Assembly: GCA_964393515.1 (NCBI GenBank)
Contig: CAYMTY010000012.1
Location: 3,473-67,472 of the forward strand
DNA from: an uncultured Verrucomicrobiota bacterium
GTDB lineage: Bacteria; Verrucomicrobiota; Kiritimatiellia; CAIQIC01; Lenti-01
Length of the DNA stretch: 64,000 bases
Direction of reading: 5' to 3'
The translations under genes were made by a program, and so were the position numbers. Positions 18,593 through 27,400 of this stretch are shown piece after piece; the stretch's first letter is position 1, and every line of letters begins with the position of its first letter. The notes below the pieces were generated by a model. That model made no database searches. It was not told the DNA's origin and saw only the letters and a program-made list of their open reading frames with translations.

Positions 18593-18726
18593 CAACGATG
18601 TATTATAATACATCGTTTATAGGTCGTATACTATTACTTATTATAGTGCTCTAAGTTATGTATTATATATAATCAGTTATGTAACAATAATATGATCCTC
18701 ATGCGATCTATTATAATACATCGCAT
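18593..18726. promoter_or_regulatory. About 22% GC island bounded by two palindromes: AACGATGTATTATAATACATCGTT (24 bp, perfect) and ATGCGATCTATTATAATACATCGCAT (26 bp, one mismatch). Core TGT-N8-ACA / TATAAT.
   Basis: Direct reading of 18593-18616 and 18701-18726. Between them lies about 85 bp of A/T-rich sequence (tataggtcgtatactattacttattatag...tattatatataatcag...). It is intergenic, downstream of the glycosylase gene and upstream of tsaB. Confidence 0.45.
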
Positions 18727-18730
18727 GGGT

Positions 18731-19291
18731 TCACGGACTGGGGCGACCGCCTTTGCCCCATCCTGCGGACGGCAGGGCGGCGCGCCAAGCGGCCAGTTTT
18801 CGGGACAGGCTGCGGGTGGCATGGGCGGGGCTGGTCGAGGGCAGCCGCACCCGTTCCACGCCGGCCAGTTGCGCCCGGCAGGCCGGCCACACGTGCTTCC
18901 GGAACAACGCCTCCGCCGCGCCGCCGTTGAACGCAATCAATTCCAGTTCCGGATGCCGCGCCAGCAGGCGGGGGATATCGTTGGCCACCCGTTGCCGGGG
19001 ATGGATGTCCGCGTCCAGGCTGCCGGGCCGCCGGGCGGCCTGCAGCACGTCCCAGAGCATCACGCCGGCCGCCGCCAGTTTCCGCAGGCGGGTCGGATAG
19101 TTCCATTCCCGCCCCGCGCCGTACAGAACGCCCATGATCGGCCAAAAGGCGTTGCGGGGATGCGCATAGTACTCCCCCTGCCGCAGCGAGGCCACACTGG
19201 GCAGCGTGCCCAGCACCAGCACGCGCGCGCGCCGAGGCTCGACCGGCGGAAAGCCCACCGCCCAGGCGGCGGGCGGGCAGGGGTGTTTCAT
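18731..19291 (-). CDS. Uracil-DNA glycosylase superfamily protein (hypoxanthine/deoxyinosine-DNA glycosylase-like)
   Basis: [32 protein letters not shown] matches the UDG-superfamily GT(L)PS...Y.HP.N.FW core. Start at MKHPCPP (19291). The track's upstream extension to 19777 is low-complexity. Confidence 0.6.
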   Translation of the reverse strand: MKHPCPPAAWAVGFPPVEPRRARVLVLGTLPSVASLRQGEYYAHPRNAFWPIMGVLYGAGREWNYPTRLRKLAAAGVMLWDVLQAARRPGSLDADIHPRQRVANDIPRLLARHPELELIAFNGGAAEALFRKHVWPACRAQLAGVERVRLPSTSPAHATRSLSRKLAAWRAALPSAGWGKGGRPSP

Positions 19292-19803
19292 GGGTCCGCG
19301 GCGCGCGGCACGAAGCGGAGGGCAACGGAGTTGATGCAGTAACGCAGGCCGGTGGGCCGCGGACCGTCTTCGAAGACATGCCCGAGGTGCGCATCGCACC
19401 GCGCGCAGAGCACCTCCGTCCGCACCATCCCATGGCTGCGGTCCTCCCGCAGGGCCACCTGGCGTCCAGCCACCGGCTGGAAATAGCTGGGCCAGCCCGT
19501 GCCCGAATCGAACTTGGCCTCGGAGGAAAACAACGGCAGGCCGCAACCCACACAGAGATAGGTGCCCGGCTCGTGGTGGTTGTGAAACGCCCCTGAGCAG
19601 GCCCGCTCGGTACCCTGCTGCCGCGTAATCCGGTACTGTTCGGGCGTCAGCAGCGCCCGCCATTCCGCATCCGACTTGACCACTTTCTCCATGGGAGCCT
19701 CCCCGTCCGCCGGAGCGGTCGCCGCCGCGGTCCGGCCGAGGCCGGCGGCCGCCAGCAGGCCCGCCGCCCAGATCCATTTCATTTCCGGTTTCATGGTGTT
19801 CAT
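19288..19803 (-). CDS. msrB: Peptide-methionine (R)-S-oxide reductase MsrB with signal peptide (periplasmic)
   Basis: SelR domain with both CxxC pairs (CVGCGLPLF ... [12 protein letters not shown]) and a catalytic RYCINS. N-terminal [22 protein letters not shown] signal peptide. Confidence 0.85.
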   Translation of the reverse strand: MNTMKPEMKWIWAAGLLAAAGLGRTAAATAPADGEAPMEKVVKSDAEWRALLTPEQYRITRQQGTERACSGAFHNHHEPGTYLCVGCGLPLFSSEAKFDSGTGWPSYFQPVAGRQVALREDRSHGMVRTEVLCARCDAHLGHVFEDGPRPTGLRYCINSVALRFVPRAADP

Positions 19804-19896
19804 TCTACCCTCTTTGTCCCGCCGCCGCCAGTCCGGCCCTTTGAGTCCGGCCCTTTGGCGCTTGCGCCCTCGGGCCGCGCATGGCAGATTGACACC

Positions 19897-20781
19897 ATGA
19901 ACAGCGCGTGGACGGACGTCTTCCGGAGAATCCCCCTTCCGGGCGTGGGCGGGCTGCTCGAAATCCTCGTCCTGGCCGTGCTGTTCTACTACATGATCCT
20001 TTTCTTCCGAGGGACGCGCGGCGCGCAGGTGCTGCTGGGATTCGTCACCGCGGTGGTAGCCATGCTGGTCCTGACGCGGATTTTCAACCTCGACACCCTG
20101 AACTGGCTGCTGCAACGCCTGTCGGTCTACCTGGTCATCGCCTTCGTGGTGATTTTTCAGCCCGAGATCCGGCGGGCCCTTGCGGAGCTGGGCAAGCAGC
20201 CGGTGTTCGCCGCCACCGAGCGCGAACGGGGCATCCTCGACGAAATCGTGAAGGCGGTGGCGGGGCTGGCGGCGGACAAGATCGGCGCGCTGATTGCCAT
20301 CGAGCGCGAAATCGGCACCCGCGCCGTGCAGGAGACCGGCACCCGGCTCGACTCGCTCGTGACCGCGGACCTGCTGCGGACGCTGTTCTATCCCCGGACC
20401 GTCCTGCACGACGGCGGCGTCATCATCGCGGGCGACCGCATCCGCGCGGCCGGCTGCGTCTTTCCCCTGTCCGGCCGGGAGATCGGCAAGATCGGCACCC
20501 GCCACCGCGCGGCCGTCGGGCTATCCGAGGACAGCGACGCCGTGGTGGTCGTCGTGTCGGAGGAGACGGGGGCGATCTCCCTCGCCTATCGGGGGCGGCT
20601 GATCCGGAGCCTCGACGAGGAGCGGCTGCGCCGCATCCTGTCCTACGTGCTGCTGCGCGGCGCCAAGACCCAGAGCCGCTGGCAGCGCCTGCGCAAGAAC
20701 CTCGACCTGTCGGCCGAGAGCCTGGCCCGCAACGAAGAACTGATGGAGCGCGAATTTGAAGATCCTGCCCAAAATCGTTAA
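19897..20781 (+). CDS. cdaA: Diadenylate cyclase (c-di-AMP synthase), membrane-anchored CdaA type
   Basis: Three N-terminal TM helices followed by a DisA_N/DAC domain with [13 protein letters not shown] and SEETG motifs. Alternative upstream start at 19855. Confidence 0.85.
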   Translation: MNSAWTDVFRRIPLPGVGGLLEILVLAVLFYYMILFFRGTRGAQVLLGFVTAVVAMLVLTRIFNLDTLNWLLQRLSVYLVIAFVVIFQPEIRRALAELGKQPVFAATERERGILDEIVKAVAGLAADKIGALIAIEREIGTRAVQETGTRLDSLVTADLLRTLFYPRTVLHDGGVIIAGDRIRAAGCVFPLSGREIGKIGTRHRAAVGLSEDSDAVVVVVSEETGAISLAYRGRLIRSLDEERLRRILSYVLLRGAKTQSRWQRLRKNLDLSAESLARNEELMEREFEDPAQNR

Positions 20782-21703
20782 ATTCCTGGGCACGCCGCGC
20801 GGGCTGCGGCTGGTATCCGTGCTGGCCGCCATTGTCGTCTGGTACACCATCCGCGCCGCCACCAGCAACTCGACCATCATCGCCGACATTCCCCTGGGGG
20901 TGCAGCCGCCGCCGGATTGGAGCGTGCTGGACTGCTCGGCCCGGACTGTGGATGTCGCCTTCCTGGGCACCCGCGACGACCTGCGCTACCTGAACCGCGA
21001 GCTGATCAAGGCCACGGTGGACGCCCGCACCCACACGGACAACCGGCCCTTCACCGTAGTGCTCGGGGCGGCCAACATCAACGCGCCCGGCAGCGCCCGC
21101 ATCGATTTCATCCGCCCCGGCGCCGTGACGCTGCGCCTCGACCGTGAAATCACCAAGCAGGTCTCCGTCAAGATCGAGACCCAGAATCTGCTCCCCGACG
21201 GCTACGAGATCGAGAAGACCACGGTCACGCCCGCCACCGTCGAACTGTCCGGCCCGGCGCAGGTGTTGGCGGAAATCGAGTCCATCAGCACGGTTCCCGT
21301 GGACCTGGACGGGCGCATCCGCTCCATCAACAAACGCCGCCTGCCGCTCGTGCCCGCCCACAACATGACCGGCGTGAAGCTGGATTCCGAGGCGGTCACG
21401 CTGGACATGGCGATCGTGGAGCGCTCCGTCAGCGTCGCGTATCCGGATCTGCCCGTCCTGCCGATGCTGCCGCCCGGACGGGCGGGGAACATAGAGCTCG
21501 ACCCGGAGGTAGCCACTTTGACGATCAAGGGCCGGCCCGAACTGATGAAATCCGTCGCGGCGGAGGATCTCCGGCTGTTTGTGGACCTCACCGGGCTGGG
21601 CGGCAAGAAATCCGCCAAGCTGGCCGTCCAGGCGGCCCTGCCGGGCGGCGTGGTTCTGGTCCAGACCGAGCCGGCCATGGTCGATGTCAGCCTGAAGGAG
21701 TGA
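20756..21703 (+). CDS. cdaR: CdaR (YbbR-domain) regulator of CdaA
   Basis: N-terminal TM anchor plus repeated YbbR-like beta domains (VSVKIETQNLLPDGYEIEKTTVTPATVELSGPAQVLAEIESISTVPVDL). It overlaps the cdaA 3' end and sits in the canonical cdaA-cdaR arrangement. Confidence 0.7.
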   Translation: MKILPKIVKFLGTPRGLRLVSVLAAIVVWYTIRAATSNSTIIADIPLGVQPPPDWSVLDCSARTVDVAFLGTRDDLRYLNRELIKATVDARTHTDNRPFTVVLGAANINAPGSARIDFIRPGAVTLRLDREITKQVSVKIETQNLLPDGYEIEKTTVTPATVELSGPAQVLAEIESISTVPVDLDGRIRSINKRRLPLVPAHNMTGVKLDSEAVTLDMAIVERSVSVAYPDLPVLPMLPPGRAGNIELDPEVATLTIKGRPELMKSVAAEDLRLFVDLTGLGGKKSAKLAVQAALPGGVVLVQTEPAMVDVSLKE

Positions 21704-22305
21704 GCATGGCCCGGGGTATGCTTGCCGCAGGCCTGCTTGGGATGCTGGTCCTCCGTGCCGGCGCTGCCGGCGCCCCCTGGCAGACCTTGCGTTTGCCGGC
21801 CGCGGCCGTCCAGTTGAACCAGGCCGCGGAAGCCGCTGCCGACCCGGCTGAAGCGGCGCGGCTCTACACCCAGGCGATCCGCGCCTGCCCCTCCAACTAC
21901 CCCGCCCTCTACGGCCTGGGCCGGGCCCTGCTCGCCCAGGAGCAGGCGGCCGGCGCCCGCAAGGTATTCGAGCGCCTCAACACCCTATTTCCGGACGACT
22001 CGACCATCCTGCTAGCCCTGGCCGCCGCCGTGGCGCGGTTGCCCGAACCCCGGCGCGCCGACATCGCCGTCGGGCTGGCCGCGGCCGGACAGGCCGCCCG
22101 GCTCGGGCCCGGCTCCTCCGAGGTGCAGTACCTTCTGTCGGTCCTGCTGCATATGAACGGCGACCACGCCGCAGCCGTGGCGGCGTCCCGCCAGGCCGTC
22201 GCGCTTGACGCCGCGAATCCCGCCGATGCTGAAACCACTGCCCGCTACCAACAACAGGAGATCATATGCACCGATGCCCTTTGGGTATTCTCGCCCTTGG
22301 ACTGA
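21700..22305 (+). CDS. Secreted TPR-like hypothetical protein
   Basis: Signal peptide MSMARGMLAAGLLGMLVLRAGAAGA, then Ala/Leu-rich TPR-like helical pairs. The 3' end overlaps the next ORF by about 40 nt, so the exact end is uncertain. Confidence 0.45.
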   Translation: MSMARGMLAAGLLGMLVLRAGAAGAPWQTLRLPAAAVQLNQAAEAAADPAEAARLYTQAIRACPSNYPALYGLGRALLAQEQAAGARKVFERLNTLFPDDSTILLALAAAVARLPEPRRADIAVGLAAAGQAARLGPGSSEVQYLLSVLLHMNGDHAAAVAASRQAVALDAANPADAETTARYQQQEIICTDALWVFSPLD

Positions 22306-22982
22306 TCCTCGTTTCCGCCCGCGCCCAGGAACCGGTCCCCGCGCCGGCGCCGGAATCCGCGCCCCCCCCGGTGATTTATCCCGTAGGCTCCGAGCCCCAG
22401 CCGGAGCCTTCCCCCGTGCGGTGGGAGGGCACCACGGCCGTGCTGGGCTCCGTGCAGCTCGATTCCGCCACCAAGACCGTCACGGCCACCGGCTGGGTCA
22501 ACCAGATCGAAGGGCCCATCGAAGTCCTGGCCTGCGGAATCAAGGGCAAGGTCCACGAATCCGTTTTCGTGCTGGTGCTCAATCCGTTGGATCTGCAGGC
22601 CGCCCTCCTGTTGGCAGGCCTGAAAGGCGGCCCCCCCATGCCGGCGCTGGGGGTTGGCCCGCCCCAGGGCGCGCCCGTGGATATTTTCGTCGAATGGCAG
22701 GCCGGGGAGGAAACCCGCAAGGCCCGTGCCGAAAGTTTCTTATGGAATCTCGAGGAGAACGCCGTCCTGCCGGAAACGCCGTGGACCTTCACGGGCTCCG
22801 TGGTGAAGGACGGCCAATTCAAGGCATTTGCCGAAGAGTCCCTGGTCGTGACCTACTGGGACCCCTACGCGATCGTCAACCTGCCCCTGCCCTGCGGCGC
22901 CAACGACGAGATCCTCACGGTCAACACCAACACCGTGCCACCCTACCAGACCCCCGTGACCTTCCGCTTCGTCCCGCGGTAA
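22266..22982 (+). CDS. Secreted hypothetical protein
   Basis: Signal peptide MHRCPLGILALGLILVSARAQE followed by a Pro-rich linker and a globular domain. No family recognised. Confidence 0.5.
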   Translation: MHRCPLGILALGLILVSARAQEPVPAPAPESAPPPVIYPVGSEPQPEPSPVRWEGTTAVLGSVQLDSATKTVTATGWVNQIEGPIEVLACGIKGKVHESVFVLVLNPLDLQAALLLAGLKGGPPMPALGVGPPQGAPVDIFVEWQAGEETRKARAESFLWNLEENAVLPETPWTFTGSVVKDGQFKAFAEESLVVTYWDPYAIVNLPLPCGANDEILTVNTNTVPPYQTPVTFRFVPR

Positions 22983-22994
22983 TCGTCTGGCGCC

Positions 22995-23262
22995 AACCCG
23001 CCCGGCGCAGAGGCCGGGCCTACATCTTGATCCCCGCCCTATTTGCAGGCCAGCCCTCTGCGGCTGGCGAATACCCGCCCGGCGCAGAGGCCGGGCCTAC
23101 ATCTTGATCCCCACCCTATTTGCAGGCCAGCCCTCTGCGGCTGGCGAATACCCGCCCGGCGCAGAGGCCGGGCCTACATCTTGATCCCCACCCTATTTGC
23201 AGGCCAGCCCTCTGCGGCTGGCGAACACCCGCCCGGCGCAGAGGCCGGGCCTACAGGCAAAA
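22995..23262. repeat. 77-bp tandem repeat x about 3.4, BIME-like. Each unit is a REP-like palindrome in forward and inverted orientation separated by a 27-nt spacer.
   Basis: Unit: CCGCCCGGCGCAGAGGCCGGGCCTACATCTTGATCCCCACCCTATTTGCAGGCCAGCCCTCTGCGGCTGGCGAATAC. It repeats with only 2-3 substitutions. GGCGCAGAGGCCGGGCC and GGCCAGCCCTCTGCGGC are near-reverse-complements. It lies in a convergent intergenic region. Confidence 0.85.
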
Positions 23263-23388
23263 CCCTCGCACCCAGCGGGCGCGGCGACAACAAAACGCAG
23301 CCGGGATTCCCCGCCAGCCGCGGAGGACTGGCCGACAGACAAAAAAGCGCCGCGGGAAACCCGCGGCGCCTCCTATGGAATCCGGTTA

Positions 23389-24348
23389 TTATTCAATCTC
23401 TTCCTGGCCTTCGGCGCCCTCTTCTACACCTTCCTCCACGCCTTCCTCCTCCTCGGTGACGGTGATGGTGATGGACGAGGCTACGGCGGTGATGTCGTCG
23501 GAGGTGCCTCCGGCGATGCGGGTGCCGTTAAGGGTGCGATTGGCAAAGACGCCTTCGACCACCACGCCCTCAAGGGTCCCGACGATTTTGGCGCCGGAGC
23601 CGGTGGCTTCGAAGGAGGCAATGATCGCATCGCCGTTTTCCGGCAGCGGGCTCTCGTAATAAGTGAGCTTGGCGTGCAGGGAGTCGTTGATGGTCTCGTC
23701 GGTGCCGACCTGGGTAATATCCGTGTTCTGGGCGCCGGAGGCGGACCGGATCTGGCTGATCCGGCCATCGTAGCGGACGCCGGTGTTGTCGGTCAGGCTG
23801 ATATCCTGGGCGCGATGGTTGACCACGTAGGAATAGGCGTCAACCTGGGTGCCGGCGATTTCATTTCCAGTCGGCTCGACGGCCGCAATGAGATAGGCGT
23901 AGGAAACCACGCCCGTCTTCGTCTCCGCGGGGGCCGCATCCAGGAGAATGCTCCATTCCCCCGTGGAGTAATTGAAATGCCCGGTCCCGCCGGTTCCCGT
24001 CAGAATTCCGTCCTTGTCGGGATCCGACAGCGAGGCGATGCCGGGAACCGAAATAGAGGCGGAGCCCGGGATCAGGTTGCCGTGAGGCACCTGCTGCGGA
24101 CCGACGGGCGCCAATTGACCCGGAGGCACCAGAAAGGTCGCGGAGGCCAGATTGGTTGTGGCTGGCGTGCCGGGATCATAATCCGAGTCCAAGGTGATTG
24201 TCGTGGTGCCGCGATAGACGCCGCTGAAGTTGACCCAGTCAAAGGCCGAACTCCAGCTGTCCGCGCCGCTGCCGGTCTCCCATTCGCATCCCGCGAGGCC
24301 CAGGGCGAACACCGCCGCCAAAACGCCAAACCAAGCAATTCGTTTCAT
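23389..24348 (-). CDS. Lipoprotein, hypothetical, with C-terminal poly-acidic tail (EEGVEEGVEEGAEGQEEIE)
   Basis: MKRIAWFGVLAAVFALGLAGC lipobox. Thr/Gly/Ser-rich beta-rich body. 319 aa. Confidence 0.6.
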   Translation of the reverse strand: MKRIAWFGVLAAVFALGLAGCEWETGSGADSWSSAFDWVNFSGVYRGTTTITLDSDYDPGTPATTNLASATFLVPPGQLAPVGPQQVPHGNLIPGSASISVPGIASLSDPDKDGILTGTGGTGHFNYSTGEWSILLDAAPAETKTGVVSYAYLIAAVEPTGNEIAGTQVDAYSYVVNHRAQDISLTDNTGVRYDGRISQIRSASGAQNTDITQVGTDETINDSLHAKLTYYESPLPENGDAIIASFEATGSGAKIVGTLEGVVVEGVFANRTLNGTRIAGGTSDDITAVASSITITVTEEEEGVEEGVEEGAEGQEEIE

Positions 24349-24463
24349 CCTGTCCGGTCTCCTTGCTAGATGCCTTTATCCTGTTGACCTTAAACTTTAT
24401 ACCGCGGTGGCGTCAACGTCTTTTGGCGGATCCGCCAGGACGGGCGGATCCGCCGGGGCTCCC

Positions 24464-27400
24464 CTATTTGCTCCGGAGCCGGATGAAGAGCGTGCCGTCC
24501 GCGTCCGGATCCACCACGGTGTCGGTCAGCCCGGTGGTGGCGGCGCTCACCGCCCGCTGCACGCCGACCCCGGTCCAACCCGCGCCATCGGTGAGATCCT
24601 CGTTCACCATGAATTCCACGACGGCCGAGTTGCCTGCCGGGTTCACCTCGGTGACATTGTAGGTCACCACGGCGCCGGTGGCGGTTTTTTCGATGCGGGT
24701 GATGACGGTACCGGCGGTGATGCCGCTGGGGGGCCGGTCGAACCGGTTGTTGGGATCGGAACCGGCGGCCAACTCGACGCCATCGCTGTAGCCGTCGCCG
24801 TCGGAGTCCCACATCAGCGGATTGGTCCGGCGGACGACGACCTCGTCGGCATCGTTGATGCCGTCGCCGTCGGTATCCGCCATCCGGGGATCCGTGCCCA
24901 GATCCCGTTCCTGGGCATTGGGCAGGGTGTCGCCGTCGGGATCGCCGTCCGGCCCGTCGTCGCCGGTGGGAACCAGCGGATTCAGGCGGTAGCGGACTTC
25001 CCAATCGTCCTGCAAGCCGTCGTCATCGGAATCTGCGTCGCAGGGGTTGGTGCCGTTGGCCTGTTCGAGGGCGTTGGACAGGTTGTCGCCATCCGCGTCC
25101 GCGGTGCCGTCGGCGGGATCCCGCGGGTCGAGACCGGCGCAGGCCTGGTAGGTGAGTTCCCATCCGTCGAGCAGGGTATCCCCGTCGGTATCGGGATTGG
25201 CGGGATTGGTGCCGTAGATTTCGAGTTCGGCCCGGTCATTGAGCCCGTCGAAATCGCTGTCCCAGCGCATGGGATTGGTGCCCAGCGCCAGTTCGGCTTC
25301 GTCGGTCAGGCCGTCGCCGTCGCTGTCCACGTTGTTCTTCCAGTAGGCCAGCGAATTATAGATCAGCAGATTCTGGCCCGGCACCGATCCTTGCGAAGTC
25401 AGCGCCAGGGTTTTCACGGAGAATTCCAGCGCGTAGGGCAATTGAGAGCCGGTCGATCCCTTGGGGTTCGCTTTGCGGGCCAGGATGATCCCGCCCGAGG
25501 GCTCGCCCTTGAGGAAGCCCCACGGCTCGCCGACATCCAGCATTCCGTTGCTGTTCCGGTCCAGGAAACCCCGGACATGATAGGCCCCGGCGCGCAGGCC
25601 CAGCAGGGTGTAGCTGCCGTCGGCGGCCGCCCGGACACGGGCGGCGGGGGTCTGATCAAAACCGGCCCCGGCAAAGGCCTCCACGACACGCACGCCGGTA
25701 TTGGTGCCGAAGTAGCCGATCTTGCCCCGGATGGTGCCGGCCCCGACGGGCGCCGGCTGCAGGTTGACCGAGAAGGGCGCCGAGGCCGTTCCGGAGCTGA
25801 CGCGCGGATTGAGGGCCGAGACGCGGATGGCATAGTCGCCATTGGTAAAAGTTCCCCAGCCCGCCAACCAGGGCAGGTCCATCTCGGCGATGCCGGCGTT
25901 GTTGACCACCGGCGCGGGGACCGTGAAGCTCAAGAAGGTGGTCCCGCCGCGCTGAATCTGAACCGTCACCTGGGCGGCATTCTTGGAAAGGCGGAGCTGC
26001 AGCCGGTTCCGGGCATGCGGCAGGGTCATGTTGGTCGGAGACAAGATGCTCGGCGCGGCCAAGGAGGCGGCATACCAGATGCTGTTCGAGCCCGAGGCAA
26101 ATACATTGGTACCGGTCATGACGATGGAACCATCGGAGGGCGGCGCCCCACCGACCACGGCCCACTTGTAGTTCCCGTACAGGGGTGCCACGCCGGCCTG
26201 CCGGAAATCCATCTCCGTGATAAACGGCCGATCCATGGATTCCAGGTCGCGCACCGCGGAATAGATGATGGAGCCGCCGATCTGCTGGATCGATACGATG
26301 TAGGTCGTGCTGTTCACCTGCGCGAGCGCCGCGGCGATCTTCGCCAGGTCCTGCTCCCACGAGAAGCGGATGTAGCCGGCCGGCTTGTCGGTCAGGGTGA
26401 CGCGGACGTCTGCGGAGCCCCACTGGATGTTTTCGACGCCGCTCTGCGCGAAGCCCTCGCTGAAGCCCAGCCACTCGGCCTCGCCGGCTGTGCCGCCGGC
26501 GTTCCACTTGCCGTCTCCGTTGGCATCGATGAACGCCATGAAGATGTTGTTCCCCTGCCGCAGGTGGCCGACATCCCAGTTGGTGACCGTGCAGGTGCTG
26601 CCGTTGGCGAACAGGCCCTCCAGCGGGATGACGGTCCGGGCATCCGGCCGGCGCATGGCCAGGTCCGAATAGGCCCAGACCACGAGCGGGGCTTCGGCCG
26701 ACAGCGTGGCCGCCGCATCGCCCAGGAAGGTGAAGGTCACCGGCGGCACCGGATAGGAGTCGGGGTCGTCGGGCCGGGTCGGCCCCACGGCCATCCGGTT
26801 GGTGACGCCCTCCACCACGGTCAAATCAAAACCCGTTCCCAGGTATTCCGCGAGATTGTGCCAGCCGTCGCCGTCGGGGTCGGTGCCGGCGTCGTTGACG
26901 AGCGGGCTCAGCACGTCGGCATAGATGATCTCCCAGGCGTCCGGGATCAGGTCGCCGTCCATGAAGTATTCGCCGAAGCTCAGGCAGTTGCCGACGCAGA
27001 GCGGATCGTTGGAGTCGTAGTCGCTGAAGCCGTCGCCGTCGCTGTCCCAATCGGTGGGATTGGTGCCGGCCAGGTATTCGGCCAGGTTGGTCAGGCCGTC
27101 GCGGTCCGGGTCGCCGTAGGCGCCGTCGTTGCCGCGTTCGCTGTTGGGATCCAGGCCGTACAGGGTTTCCCAGCCGTCGGGCAGGCCGTCGCCGTCGCTG
27201 TCGCTTAAGAAAGGCTGGTTTTGCTGGGAGAGCACTTCAAACGCCACATCGCCCACCAGCCGGCCGGCATAGTCCCAGTTGTTCTGGTAGATCAGGTTTT
27301 CCAGGGTGGCGCCGCCATCGTCGGCGGGATAGTAGCCCACCAGCGCAGTCAGGGCGTAGACCCGCAGCGGGTAGAAGTTTTCCAGGGGTGCCTGGTCCAC

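Noticed and set aside
22995-23262. CRISPR array
   Set aside because: The whole 77-bp unit is repeated with near identity. There are no unique spacers and no cas genes. It is a tandem BIME/REP-like repeat.
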